A stretch of DNA of 63,709 bases, the filler included. It is 8 parts of 8 records of this genome, joined end to end, with 100 filler letters (N's around TTAATTAATTAA, not from the genome) between each part and the next. Parts side by side here need not be neighbours in the genome. Positions count along the whole stretch, not along the records: positions 27,228 to 34,101 come from SRR31156797_67901; positions 34,202 to 40,894 come from SRR31156797_67909; 6 more parts are not named here. One strand, 5' to 3'. Positions 30,225 to 40,296 of the stretch are shown here, in pieces (position 1 is the first letter of the stretch; the number at the start of each line of letters is the position of its first letter). The notes under the pieces were generated by a model. That model did not search any database, had not been told where the DNA came from, and saw only the letters and a program-made list of their open reading frames with translations. A program made the translations under genes and the position numbers.

Positions 30225-32405
30225 GTGACCAAGCGTATAGATAGCGTCTTTGGGGGAAAAATGAGTGTCCACAGAATGATTGCACTTCAGGCAGCAGTCA
30301 TCGCACTAGGATTGATACTCTCAACCGCCTCACTGGCGGCCGACGCCGTCGTTGTCGCTTCGACCCAGCCCGGCCTGACACCGGGCCAAGTTATCGACGG
30401 CGCCAAGACCCTCCATATCGATGCCGGCAAGACGGTATCGCTGATTTCCGAAACCGGGAAGGCCATTGATCTTACCGGCCCGTTCGAGGGCGCTCCGGCA
30501 CCCGGATCCGGCGTTGGCGGCGATCGCAGCGTTTTCCAGTCATTGGCCCGTGCCTTCGGTGGCGGCGATCGACAGAATACGGCGCTTGGAACGGTGCGGG
30601 GCATAAAAGTTGAAGTCAAGGCGAGCGAATCGGCAAACGCGCCCGTGGCAGACACCGTTCAACTTTACGGTTCCTCCCACGCCCTGGTTATCGGCATAGA
30701 TCGGTACACCAAGGGTTGGCCGAGGCTGTCGAAGGCGGTGGAAGATGCCCGAGTCGTCGCCAAGGAACTTGAACGCCAGGGATTTGAGGTGACGCTAGAG
30801 CCCGACCTCGGGGCTGACGCCCTGCGTACTACGCTACGCGAATTCTTTGCCATCAAGGGCGCCGATCCCAATGCACGTTTATTGTTCTGGTATGCGGGCC
30901 ATGGCCACAGCATCGGGGGGGAAGGTTTTTTGGTTCCGGCCGATGCCCCCGCCGATACCAGTCCGGCCTTCCTGGTCAGCGCCTTGCCGATGCGGGATTT
31001 CGGATCCCTGGTCCGGCTGGCCCGGTCCAAGCATGTTCTCTCCATTTTCGATTCCTGCTTTTCCGGCACCATCTTCCAGGCTCGCGCCGGCGCCGCCTCC
31101 CGGGCGATCACGCGTAAGACGACCAAGCCGGTACGCCAGTTCATTACATCCGGCGACGCCGGCCAGCAGGTGCGGGATGACGGATCTTTCCGCGAATATT
31201 TCTTGCGGGCATTGCGCGGTGAGGAAAAGGCCGACTTCAATGACGACGGTTATGTGACCGGCGAAGAACTGGGCCTGTTCCTGAACCAGCAGATAACGGC
31301 GTTAACAAGTGACGCCCAGACGCCGAAAACGGGCAAACTGCACGACGTTAAATTCAATCAGGGCGACTTTGTGTTCGTGCTGCCGGGAGCGGGTTCGACA
31401 GAGAAAACGGGCGGCGGTGCGCCTTCGGCCGGACCGTCGGCGGAAGTGGTGTTCTGGCAGTCGATCCAGGCAAGCACCAACCCGGCGGATTTCGATGCCT
31501 ATCTACGGCAATTCCCGACCGGAACCTTCGCCATGCTGGCTAAAAATCGATTGGCAGCCTTGACCCGGGTGGCGACGGTGCATCCGGCACCGGTTCGGCC
31601 CCCTGCCCCGGCGACCCCGGCAGTCGGCGTTTATAGAAAGCTCCCCGAACCGGTTGAATACTTCAAGGATTGCGCCGAATGCCCGAAAATGGTCGAGATT
31701 CCGCCGGGCAGATTCCGTATGGGCGACCTGAACGGCAGCGGCGACGATGACGAAAAGCCGGTTCACGAAGTCCGCATCGATTACAGCTTTGCGGTTGGTT
31801 TGCACGAGGTGACACAGGCCGAGTGGCAGGCGGTGATGGGCAACAACCCGAGCTATTTTGCCGGTATCCGCAAACCGGTCGAGCGCGTGAGTTGGGACGA
31901 TGCCCAGGAATTCGCGAGACGGCTGAGCGACAAGACCGGGGAAAATTATCGCCTTCTGAGCGAGTCGGAATGGGAGTACGTGGCACGGGCCGGTACGACA
32001 AGCGAATATAGTTTCGGCAATTCGGAAGATGATTTGTGCGCCTATGCGAACGCAGCGGATTTGACGGCAAAAGAAGCCGATCCAAGCTTTACGACCAGTA
32101 ACTGCCGGGACCGGCACGGCAAAACGACGTCCTCCGTCGGCAGCTATCTACCCAACGCTTTCGGTCTTCACGACTTGCACGGCAACGTGATGGAGTGGGT
32201 CGGCGACTGCTGGCACGACCACTACAATGGTGCACCGACGGACGGAAGCGCGTGGAGCAGCGATCGTTGTTCCGAACGGGTCCTTCGCGGCGGTTCGTGG
32301 CTCAACGCTCCGAAGATCATCCGTTCCGCCTTCCGCTTCAGCTATGCGGCCAACGGTCGGTACAACAACATCGGGTTTCGCGTTGCCAGGGCACTTGCGC
32401 AATAG
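30225..32405 (+). CDS. Exported caspase-like (peptidase C14) protease fused to a C-terminal FGE-sulfatase/SUMF1 domain
   Basis: Signal-peptide-like N-terminus (start may be ATG 30261); ALVIGIDRY, YAGHG, FDSCFSG dyad; EF-hand-like DFNDDGYVTGEEL; CPKMV.IP.G.F.MG, RLLSESEWEY, PNAFGLHD.HGNV.EW, RGGSW, GFRVAR. Confidence 0.9.
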   Translation: MTKRIDSVFGGKMSVHRMIALQAAVIALGLILSTASLAADAVVVASTQPGLTPGQVIDGAKTLHIDAGKTVSLISETGKAIDLTGPFEGAPAPGSGVGGDRSVFQSLARAFGGGDRQNTALGTVRGIKVEVKASESANAPVADTVQLYGSSHALVIGIDRYTKGWPRLSKAVEDARVVAKELERQGFEVTLEPDLGADALRTTLREFFAIKGADPNARLLFWYAGHGHSIGGEGFLVPADAPADTSPAFLVSALPMRDFGSLVRLARSKHVLSIFDSCFSGTIFQARAGAASRAITRKTTKPVRQFITSGDAGQQVRDDGSFREYFLRALRGEEKADFNDDGYVTGEELGLFLNQQITALTSDAQTPKTGKLHDVKFNQGDFVFVLPGAGSTEKTGGGAPSAGPSAEVVFWQSIQASTNPADFDAYLRQFPTGTFAMLAKNRLAALTRVATVHPAPVRPPAPATPAVGVYRKLPEPVEYFKDCAECPKMVEIPPGRFRMGDLNGSGDDDEKPVHEVRIDYSFAVGLHEVTQAEWQAVMGNNPSYFAGIRKPVERVSWDDAQEFARRLSDKTGENYRLLSESEWEYVARAGTTSEYSFGNSEDDLCAYANAADLTAKEADPSFTTSNCRDRHGKTTSSVGSYLPNAFGLHDLHGNVMEWVGDCWHDHYNGAPTDGSAWSSDRCSERVLRGGSWLNAPKIIRSAFRFSYAANGRYNNIGFRVARALAQ

Positions 32406-32490
32406 CGACCCGTTTGGGCTACCCTGAAGTTTTCGACACCTAACACCGAAGAACGGGATAATTTCTCCCCTCCCCACTGCCCGCATTTAT

Positions 32491-32519
32491 GTTACTGTTT
32501 TTTAACAGTTTTATTACAA
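32491..32519 (-). promoter_or_regulatory. Pho-box-like triple direct repeat upstream of DUF47-pit
   Basis: Minus strand TTGTAAT-AAAA-CTGTTAA-AAAA-CAGTAAC, 11-bp period. Confidence 0.55.
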
Positions 32520-32558
32520 GATTTATGAGCTCTCTGGACGAATGGGGGGGAGCCATTT

Positions 32559-33221
32559 ATGTCCCTATCGAAAAAGACGACACTGTTCGGCCGGACGCGG
32601 GCGTTGGAGCGTCAGATCGAGGAGTTTCTGGACGCGCTTTCGGAAGCCGGCCTGATCTTTCAACGCGGCATCAAGATCTATCTGCGCGAAGGCGCTTCGG
32701 AAGACTTCATGGAGGCGCAGACGGAGGTCGGCGCCATCGAAACGCGCGCCGACGAGATCCGCCGGTCGGTCGAGGCGCAGCTTTACGAGCAGACGCTGAT
32801 TCCGGACCTGCGGGCCGACGTCCTGAGCCTGCTCGAGGACCTGGACTGGCTGTTCGGGATTTTTCAGGCAAACTGCTATCGGTTTTCAACCGAGCGGCCG
32901 GACATCCCGGAAGCGTATCACCGCGGGTTCATGGACCTGACCGAGACGTCGGTGACCTGCGTCGACTGCCTGGTCATGTCGGCGCGGGCCTTTTTCCGCA
33001 ACATCGAGGCGGTCCGCGACCACAACCACAAGGTCATCTTCTATGAGACCGAGGCCGACAAGATCTGCACCCGGCTGAAGACGGCGATTTTCGATTCCGA
33101 CCTGCCGCTGGATCACAAGATCCATCTGCGCTATTTCGTCGACAAGGTCGACGAGGCGGCCAACGCCGCCGAGGACGTCGCCGACGAATTGGCGATCTAC
33201 ACCATCAAGCGCAGTATCTAG
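32559..33221 (+). CDS. DUF47 (PhoU-like) Pit accessory protein
   Basis: IETRADEIRR..LY...IP..R.D...LLE.LD; YETEAD..; ANAAEDVADEL; directly upstream of pit. Confidence 0.9.
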   Translation: MSLSKKTTLFGRTRALERQIEEFLDALSEAGLIFQRGIKIYLREGASEDFMEAQTEVGAIETRADEIRRSVEAQLYEQTLIPDLRADVLSLLEDLDWLFGIFQANCYRFSTERPDIPEAYHRGFMDLTETSVTCVDCLVMSARAFFRNIEAVRDHNHKVIFYETEADKICTRLKTAIFDSDLPLDHKIHLRYFVDKVDEAANAAEDVADELAIYTIKRSI

Positions 33222-33234
33222 CGGGCTGCCGGCC

Positions 33235-34101
33235 ATGGATATCGTCGTCCTGCTGTTCCTGACCAGCGGCCTGTTTCTGGGCTGGTCGCTGGGCGCCAAC
33301 GACGCGGCGAACGTGTTCGGCACGGCGGTCGGCACCGGCATGGTGCGCTTCGTGACGGCCGCCGTGGTGTGCAGCCTGTTCGTGTTGCTGGGCGCGGTGA
33401 TCAGCGGCGCCGGCGCCGCCCATACGCTGGGCAAGCTGGGCTCGGTCAACGCCCTGGCCGGATCCTTCACGGCGGCTTTTTCCGCCGCGATCACGGTCTA
33501 CTGGATGACCAAGGCCGGCCTGCCGGTGTCGACCAGCCAGGCCATCGTCGGGGCGATCATCGGCTGGAACTGGTTTTCGGGTTCGGTCACCGATACCGGC
33601 GCGCTATTGAAGATCCTCGGCACCTGGGTCGCCTGCCCGCTGTTGGCCGGGCTGATCGCGGTGCCGTTGTTTCATGGGACCGGCGTTGTTTTGCGCCGGG
33701 CCAACTTTCATTTGTTGCGGCTGGACGCCTATACGCGGGCGGCGCTGATATTGGCCGGCGCCTTCGGGGCCTACAGCCTGGGCGCCAACAACATCGCCAA
33801 TGTGATGGGGGTGTTCGTGCCGGTTTCCCCCTTCACCGATTTCAAGCTGGCCGGCCTGGTCACCTTCACGTCGGTTCAGCAGCTGTTCCTGTTGGGCGCC
33901 ATCGCCATCGGCATCGGCGTTTTCACCTATTCCAAAAGGGTCATGCTGACGGTGGGTTCCGACCTGATGCCCTTGTCGCCGGTGGCCGCCTGGGTGGTCG
34001 TGGTGTCCCATTCGATCGTGCTGTTCCTGTTTGCGTCCGAGGGTCTCGAACATTTGCTCGCCTCGTCCGGCCTGCCGACGATACCCTTGGTTCCGGTGTC
34101 G
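33235..34101 (+). CDS. pit: PiT-family inorganic phosphate transporter (3' partial)
   Basis: GANDAANVFGTAVG, GLPVSTSQAIVG, GANNIANVMG signature repeats. Confidence 0.92.
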
Positions 34102-34201
34102 NNNNNNNNNNNNNNNNNNNNNNNNNNNNNNNNNNNNNNNNNNNNTTAATTAATTAANNNNNNNNNNNNNNNNNNNNNNNNNNNNNNNNNNNNNNNNNNN
34201 N
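34102..34201. other. Artificial contig linker
   Basis: N-TTAATTAATTAA-N spacer. Confidence 0.99.
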
Positions 34202-34241
34202 CCCACTAAAACGAGCAATACTGTCTTTTTCATGTTAACTC

Positions 34242-34823
34242 CTATGGTTTGATTATTTTTATTATTTCATTTGCTAACTTATCAGCGCTTTTCTCCACTT
34301 GCTTTTTGAACATATCAACAGTTTCACAATCCGCAAAATCCGTTGTGATCTTGATAGCAGACATGGGAATATTTTTTTGCTTCGCGATAACTGCTAAAGT
34401 ATAGCATTCCATATCTGCTAATCTTGCATTGTGTTTTTTCTGTGATCTGTCCCGAAGCTCACTGTTATCGATCTGTCGTTGAACTGAAAGACAGGTATCC
34501 CCCGATCCTTCGCTTAATAAATGCAAATCAATCGCTTCTTCATTTTCCGTTAAGCACATTTTGATATGATGGATCTCACCCAATTCCATATTTTCCAAAA
34601 GCATTCCTGCGGTACCAATATTCAGAATATGATCCGGTTCATGATCTTCAAGATATGCTTCCAGCGTACGCTGAGCCATAACCGGACCTACGCCCATGAT
34701 CAACAGATCATGCCCTCCGCCTTGATACAAAGCGGTTTTATTGCTGTATGCTTTTACTTTTTCAGCTGATAAAGCATTTAACAATGGAGCGATCTCAAGA
34801 CTTAGGGCTGCGATTATTAACAT
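34242..34823 (-). CDS. Nucleoside phosphorylase / MTA-SAH nucleosidase-like protein
   Basis: IIAAL..E, MGVGP, LNIGTAG, ADME, AIK.TTD.AD. Confidence 0.78.
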   Translation of the reverse strand: MLIIAALSLEIAPLLNALSAEKVKAYSNKTALYQGGGHDLLIMGVGPVMAQRTLEAYLEDHEPDHILNIGTAGMLLENMELGEIHHIKMCLTENEEAIDLHLLSEGSGDTCLSVQRQIDNSELRDRSQKKHNARLADMECYTLAVIAKQKNIPMSAIKITTDFADCETVDMFKKQVEKSADKLANEIIKIIKP

Positions 34824-34857
34824 ATTAAAATGTAAGGGGAATGGAAGAAAAAAACAA

Positions 34858-34927
34858 GCATTCAGCCATCGGCTGTCGGCTGGGGGCTATAATTGTCAAA
34901 TGTCCTTTTTCAATTGTCAATTATAGC
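34858..34927. repeat. Intergenic heptamer tandem repeats and imperfect inverted repeat
   Basis: GCATTCA-GCCATCG-GCTGTCG-GCTG followed by GCTATAATTGTCAA ... TTGTCAATTATAGC. Confidence 0.5.
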
Positions 34928-34947
34928 TTGCATTTGTACTTTCTCTT

Positions 34948-35742
34948 ATGAAACGATTTATAGTAAGCATTATAATATTGATTTTTATTTCAGGTGCATT
35001 TTTATATCCCTCCGATACTCTCCATATTGCACCCTGCGATAAGGTTGTTATAGACATGTTCGGCGATATGATATGCCTTTCTCAAGATGATGGGATATTG
35101 ATGCGATATGTCGACGGTGTACTTGTAGATCAATATTCTGGGGAAGAATCCTCTAATGAGCCCATCCTGCAGGAACCCGGCAAGCCGGTGCTTGACGGAG
35201 CTGATAAGATCTATGTTCTTGATGCCGCAACGAACACTATTCTTGGCTGGGATCGTTTTTTAAATATATATTCGATCACACCGATACATGAAGATGTTCT
35301 TTCGCCTCAAGCGTTCACAGTCACCTCTGAACATGATTGGCTGATCTATGATGATTTTTACGGACAGATCCTTCAAATCCATCCGGGTGAAGATTTTTAT
35401 ACAAGCTGGGGCAATAAAACTGTCGCGGGAGAGATCGAATTATACTCGGTCGACAGGCACGTTCTCCTCTTTTTAAAAGACACCCGAATTCTTCGAATAT
35501 GTGATGAAGAAGGGACAACACTCTCCGAATTTTCTCTACCTGATTCTCTTAATGTCAAAGATGTTTTTCCGCTCGGCAAAATGATGTTTGCTCTTGCATG
35601 TGATGATGGCGTATATAGTTGGAAACCTGAAGATGCTTCACTTCGTTACCTAAGTGATCTGAAACATCCGGTGCATTGTCACACAAACGGAACCTCATTC
35701 GTTCTTATCGACAAAGAAGGGACTGTCATTACCATCCCATGA
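34948..35742 (+). CDS. Exported hypothetical protein, probable NHL/beta-propeller-like fold
   Basis: Signal peptide; repeats such as KIYVLDAATNTIL.WDRFLN and P.AFTVT....LIYDD. Confidence 0.6.
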   Translation: MKRFIVSIIILIFISGAFLYPSDTLHIAPCDKVVIDMFGDMICLSQDDGILMRYVDGVLVDQYSGEESSNEPILQEPGKPVLDGADKIYVLDAATNTILGWDRFLNIYSITPIHEDVLSPQAFTVTSEHDWLIYDDFYGQILQIHPGEDFYTSWGNKTVAGEIELYSVDRHVLLFLKDTRILRICDEEGTTLSEFSLPDSLNVKDVFPLGKMMFALACDDGVYSWKPEDASLRYLSDLKHPVHCHTNGTSFVLIDKEGTVITIP

Positions 35743-38700
35743 CCCGAGTATACAAAATCTTCATTATATTTTTACTCTGCATGCTTACCCTGCCTTTAAG
35801 CGCCGGTAAATTGAATGAATCCATTATTTTAAAACCGGGAAAAACCGTCTATGCCTTGAGGCATCAGTTTATCTCCTTGGATTCGATCGACATTGGTCAA
35901 GATATCCATTATTTGATAGATGATCTGCATGGCCGTTTGATCCTACTTCAAACACCACGATCTGAAGATACGATCAAGGTATACTATTCCTATAGCGATA
36001 TTAAAGCCCCCTTGAAAACGAACCTGGGTATTGGAAAGATCAACGAGTGGTTCCCGAAAGAAGATAAATCCAAAACCAGTGCTTCAACTGAATTTTCCAA
36101 TATCAAAACCCGCGGTTCCGTTTCCCGTCAACTTGAAGTCGGCTCGTCCGGACAAAGTTTGCTTAGCGGGGGATTGGACATAAATATCAATGGTGAGATA
36201 TCCCCCGGCGTTCATATCAAGGGTATTATCTCCGATAATGACGCACCCTTTCAAGATTATGCTTCAACCCAATCCGTTCAAGATGTCGATAAGATCCTGA
36301 TTCAAATTTATTCCGATAATTTCGATGCACAGATCGGTGATATCTATGTTAACAACTCATGGAATCATTGGAGCCGTTTCAATCGAAAATTGATCGGTGC
36401 TCAGGCTGCATACAAGAATGAACGCTATACCGGCTCCGCATTTGTTGGCTCTGCAAAAGGTAAATTTAGACGACAAGAGATCCTTGCCCGGGACGGTGAC
36501 CAAGGGCCCTACCGTTTACAAGGCACGGACGGAGACAACGCTATTACTATCGTTCCGCGTTCAGAAACCGTGTATGTAGATGGCATTCCTTTGGATAAAA
36601 CCCTTTACACCATGTATTATACTGATGCTGAATTATTCTTTACATCGGAATATATGGTCTCCTCTTCTTCTCGTATTGTAGTGGAATTCAATTATGTAAA
36701 TGAATTTTATTCGCGCTCTTCAATGGGTGCCATGTCTTCCTGGAAATTTGGCAAAAATATAAAATTGGGTGCTTCGTATATCAGGGAAAAAGACGATGAG
36801 AACAATCCTGTTGATATTCATCTTGCGAATATTTCACCTGATTCATTGATCGGCATTACCAGTGCTGATGGTTACTTCACTATTTCAACCGCTTTGGTCG
36901 ATACGGCCGGAGATTATACTCTTGCCGGGGACACCTGGATATACGAAGGTGAAAATCTTGGAACCCATACGGTATATTTTTACAGAGAAAATCAAAATGG
37001 CGGTTATGTTCGAAGATACACTTCGGATGGAAAAATGTATTTTCTTTATGCGCCGGATGATCCCTTGTCACAATATTATCCAAGAAGGACCGTAACGCTT
37101 CCAACCACAAAATGGATCGGTTCAATTGATCTTGAGATCGGTCAAAAAGATAAAGCATTTGCATTTATAGAAGGTGCCTACTCCACCTTTAATCCAAATA
37201 ATTATGACCGGGCTACATCCGAAGGGTCTCCTGCCTTAAAATGGGACACCGCGCTTCCACTTGGAAAGTATATTACCCTACAGAGCGACGGTTGGTTCAT
37301 GAATAAAGATTTTTCCACATTCGGCAAAATCACCCGTCCTGATTATGAACGATATTTGGGTTTTGCCACTTCCGACACCATTACTCAAATGGCGACAGTC
37401 GGCGCGATAGTCAAACATGAAAATCTTACGGCAAATACATCCTTCGAATATGCCGGCGATACGAAGGATAATTCAAGAACTCGTTTGCTGGCAAATGGTG
37501 AGGCGCGCATTAAAAAAGCCAAATTAAATTACAAATGGTCTCAGTTATTGGATAATGGGGTTTTACCCTATTACAGCTATGTTTTATCTGCAGATATTCC
37601 AATCGGGGAAAAAGTTTCGTTCTATTCATCTTGGCTGCAAGATAGATTTGATCCTATTTTTTCAACTGCAACTGCATATCGGGCAGAATCTGCCAAAGCC
37701 GGTATAAATCTGGGAAACTGGAAGGTAGACTACACTTATAGAAAAGATTATGATTGGGAGAATGCTGATTCTTTATTTCATTCCTATTCCCAAAAACATG
37801 ATGCCGCTTTAAAATTCGACCAAGCATTCTTTGAGAAAAAACTTCAATGGAGTGCTACTGCAACTTATCGTTACGATCAGCGAGAAAGCGGTGATGAACA
37901 ATATTTATTGACCAATACCCAGCTTCGCTTCAATTTAAAAAAACTAGGACTCGGCGGTTCGGTAAAAACAGTTATAAATCGAACCTCAGAAACAAAGCGG
38001 GAAGCTGTTTTCATTTTCGTCGGTGACGGTTTAGGTTATTATCGTTTGGATGAATTTGGGCAATACGTTCCCGATGATATGGGCAATTATATTTTAAGTA
38101 CCGAGCTGACCAATGAGCGGCAAGACCAATATGTCAGCAAGTTTGCGACCTCTTTAAAATGGAAGGGGAAGATCAAAGATACAAAATTGCATTTTGCCCA
38201 TAACGGATCAAGCGATTATCGAACGCCCGGACTTTTACTCTATGCACCTTTATCAATGGATGCTCCCGATACGAATATCTTTTATGGCAATTTACGCCTT
38301 AAGCATGAAGCCGGTATAACGGGACCCGGTGGCAAACATCGCTTAACGATTGTTTTTGATGATAATCGAACACAAAATTTCCAAACTGCCTACAATGAAA
38401 ACGTATATTTTCAGTCAACCCGATGGCTGAAATACAGGTATAAACCAGAGAATATTATTCTGGATGTCTATTACAAATATAATTCTCGCGACCAGCATCG
38501 TCTGCCTTTGAACAGTTACAGGGTTCAAACACAAAGCAATGCTGCAGGACTTGAGTGCGAATACCTCTTCTCTAAAAAACTGCGTGCAACCCTAGAAGGA
38601 AAGTATGAACATGTTTCAACCGAATTCGATTCTGATTTCATTACACATTGGATAGAATTGAAAAGTGATTGGATCTGGTATCGGATTGCCGGTGAGCGCA

Positions 38701-38924
38701 TGTTCCTGACAGCGAGCATAGATAGGGTCATCTCGGATTATACCGGAACCCTGCCCTATGAAACCACGAATGGCTTGCCTGTCGGCTGGACCTGGTCGGG
38801 TGCTTTGCGATACGAAAAACGCATCAATCAATTCCTGTCGGCAGGTGGATTTATACAATACAGGAAACGCGGCGAACAAAAAGGCATTTTAACGGCAAAC
38901 CTAGAAGTGAAAGCATATTTCTAA
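35739..38924 (+). CDS. Large putative outer-membrane beta-barrel protein of unknown function
   Basis: Likely start ATG 35739 (ATGA overlap) with signal peptide; beta-strand periodicity; C-terminal LEVKAYF beta-signal. Confidence 0.7.
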   Translation: MTRVYKIFIIFLLCMLTLPLSAGKLNESIILKPGKTVYALRHQFISLDSIDIGQDIHYLIDDLHGRLILLQTPRSEDTIKVYYSYSDIKAPLKTNLGIGKINEWFPKEDKSKTSASTEFSNIKTRGSVSRQLEVGSSGQSLLSGGLDININGEISPGVHIKGIISDNDAPFQDYASTQSVQDVDKILIQIYSDNFDAQIGDIYVNNSWNHWSRFNRKLIGAQAAYKNERYTGSAFVGSAKGKFRRQEILARDGDQGPYRLQGTDGDNAITIVPRSETVYVDGIPLDKTLYTMYYTDAELFFTSEYMVSSSSRIVVEFNYVNEFYSRSSMGAMSSWKFGKNIKLGASYIREKDDENNPVDIHLANISPDSLIGITSADGYFTISTALVDTAGDYTLAGDTWIYEGENLGTHTVYFYRENQNGGYVRRYTSDGKMYFLYAPDDPLSQYYPRRTVTLPTTKWIGSIDLEIGQKDKAFAFIEGAYSTFNPNNYDRATSEGSPALKWDTALPLGKYITLQSDGWFMNKDFSTFGKITRPDYERYLGFATSDTITQMATVGAIVKHENLTANTSFEYAGDTKDNSRTRLLANGEARIKKAKLNYKWSQLLDNGVLPYYSYVLSADIPIGEKVSFYSSWLQDRFDPIFSTATAYRAESAKAGINLGNWKVDYTYRKDYDWENADSLFHSYSQKHDAALKFDQAFFEKKLQWSATATYRYDQRESGDEQYLLTNTQLRFNLKKLGLGGSVKTVINRTSETKREAVFIFVGDGLGYYRLDEFGQYVPDDMGNYILSTELTNERQDQYVSKFATSLKWKGKIKDTKLHFAHNGSSDYRTPGLLLYAPLSMDAPDTNIFYGNLRLKHEAGITGPGGKHRLTIVFDDNRTQNFQTAYNENVYFQSTRWLKYRYKPENIILDVYYKYNSRDQHRLPLNSYRVQTQSNAAGLECEYLFSKKLRATLEGKYEHVSTEFDSDFITHWIELKSDWIWYRIAGERMFLTASIDRVISDYTGTLPYETTNGLPVGWTWSGALRYEKRINQFLSAGGFIQYRKRGEQKGILTANLEVKAYF

Positions 38925-40270
38925 TGGTTAAAAAAATGCACATATTGCTCATATTATTTCTGTTCACATTTGCAGGACCAATGCTTGCTGCCACCGAATA
39001 TTATTGTATTATTGAAAACGATACGATCCGGGTAAAGAACGAAACTGATCTTAAAACCGAGGTGGATAATTATATGATTAACATGGGCGATCAAGGATAT
39101 CCCCATGTTGAGTTGATCCTTAATACTTATTTAAAAGATAGCGATGGTGAATATTTCCACTACCGGATTGACAAAGGCTTAAAAGCAATGATCGACACCG
39201 TTGTTTTTGGTGATTATTCTCCCCGTGAGATCTCCTTGCTATCACGGTATATTACCTTGCCGGAGTCAGGCGAATTTAATTATTCAGAGGTCAGAAATAT
39301 GATCGATGAATTAAAGTCAAATCCCTTATTGGAAGTAAGGGAACGTGCAGATATATACGGAAATGGATTAAGGTTATATACCGAAGCCAAGCAAGACATC
39401 CGTTTCGATGCGCTGGCTTCATACAAACAGGAAACGGATCGCCAGGGGATCGTTGGGGATATATCAATGGAGTTGATCAATCTGGGTGGATTGGGTCGTT
39501 TGGCAAGTTTCAATTGGTCAAGACCGACATTGGGTGTCAACTCTTTTGACCTATCCTACACAGAACCCTACATTTTCAACAAGCCTTTTTCGGCACGATT
39601 ATCCTTTTCACAAAGATATCAGGACAGTCTCTATGTAAAACGCGATCTTGACATGTCGGTGATCTATCACATGAATCAACGGTCGGACCTTACAATAAAC
39701 TATGTGAATGAACAGATCAGCACCAGCGAGGTCGGTTCAGATTCCGGATTTGTTACGCAGAACAGATCGGGGTCGAATTTGTCTCTTCTGTGGCGATCAA
39801 AGCCGGGAAATATTTCAGGCTATTTCAATTTAAACTCAGGTTTATATTTTGCAACAGATCAACGGGTTTCCCGGTCCGAACTTGACGCCGGAATGGGAAT
39901 AAGACGATCTTTTCTCGGTATAAATATTGATGTACTTGGCGGGTATGTCGCATCAGAAGACCCTATTGCACTCTATGACCAATTTCAACTGGGTGGTGCA
40001 AGCTTCTTGCGTGGCGCTTATTTTGAGCAATATATCACCAATGCGTTTTTCGGCTGGAAGATCGAAGCGGGATATTTTCGAGGTATGCATTTGTACGCAT
40101 TTTACGATGGAGTGATCATGGATCATGCAGACCCTGTTTCACATCACTTCGGAGTGGGGTTTTCGCTGCCTACCGGCAATAATCGCCTTACCATCGCTCT
40201 TGGCATGAACCCCGATGAAGGCTTCCAACAGGCAAAATTTCATTTGAGTTGGGATTTTGATAGTAGGTAG
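38924..40270 (+). CDS. Omp85 (BamA/TamA)-like outer-membrane protein, compact
   Basis: Signal peptide, POTRA-like GYP, NLGGLGR, SYTEPYIF..P, FQLGG..FLRG.FE. Confidence 0.7.
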   Translation: MVKKMHILLILFLFTFAGPMLAATEYYCIIENDTIRVKNETDLKTEVDNYMINMGDQGYPHVELILNTYLKDSDGEYFHYRIDKGLKAMIDTVVFGDYSPREISLLSRYITLPESGEFNYSEVRNMIDELKSNPLLEVRERADIYGNGLRLYTEAKQDIRFDALASYKQETDRQGIVGDISMELINLGGLGRLASFNWSRPTLGVNSFDLSYTEPYIFNKPFSARLSFSQRYQDSLYVKRDLDMSVIYHMNQRSDLTINYVNEQISTSEVGSDSGFVTQNRSGSNLSLLWRSKPGNISGYFNLNSGLYFATDQRVSRSELDAGMGIRRSFLGINIDVLGGYVASEDPIALYDQFQLGGASFLRGAYFEQYITNAFFGWKIEAGYFRGMHLYAFYDGVIMDHADPVSHHFGVGFSLPTGNNRLTIALGMNPDEGFQQAKFHLSWDFDSR

Positions 40271-40296
40271 TAGCTGGTAGGTAGTAATCTGAAATA

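Noticed and set aside
32270-32405. C-terminus of the FGE-sulfatase domain as a diversity-generating retroelement variable repeat
   Set aside because: The fold is a known DGR target, but no template repeat copy and no reverse transcriptase are visible on this contig
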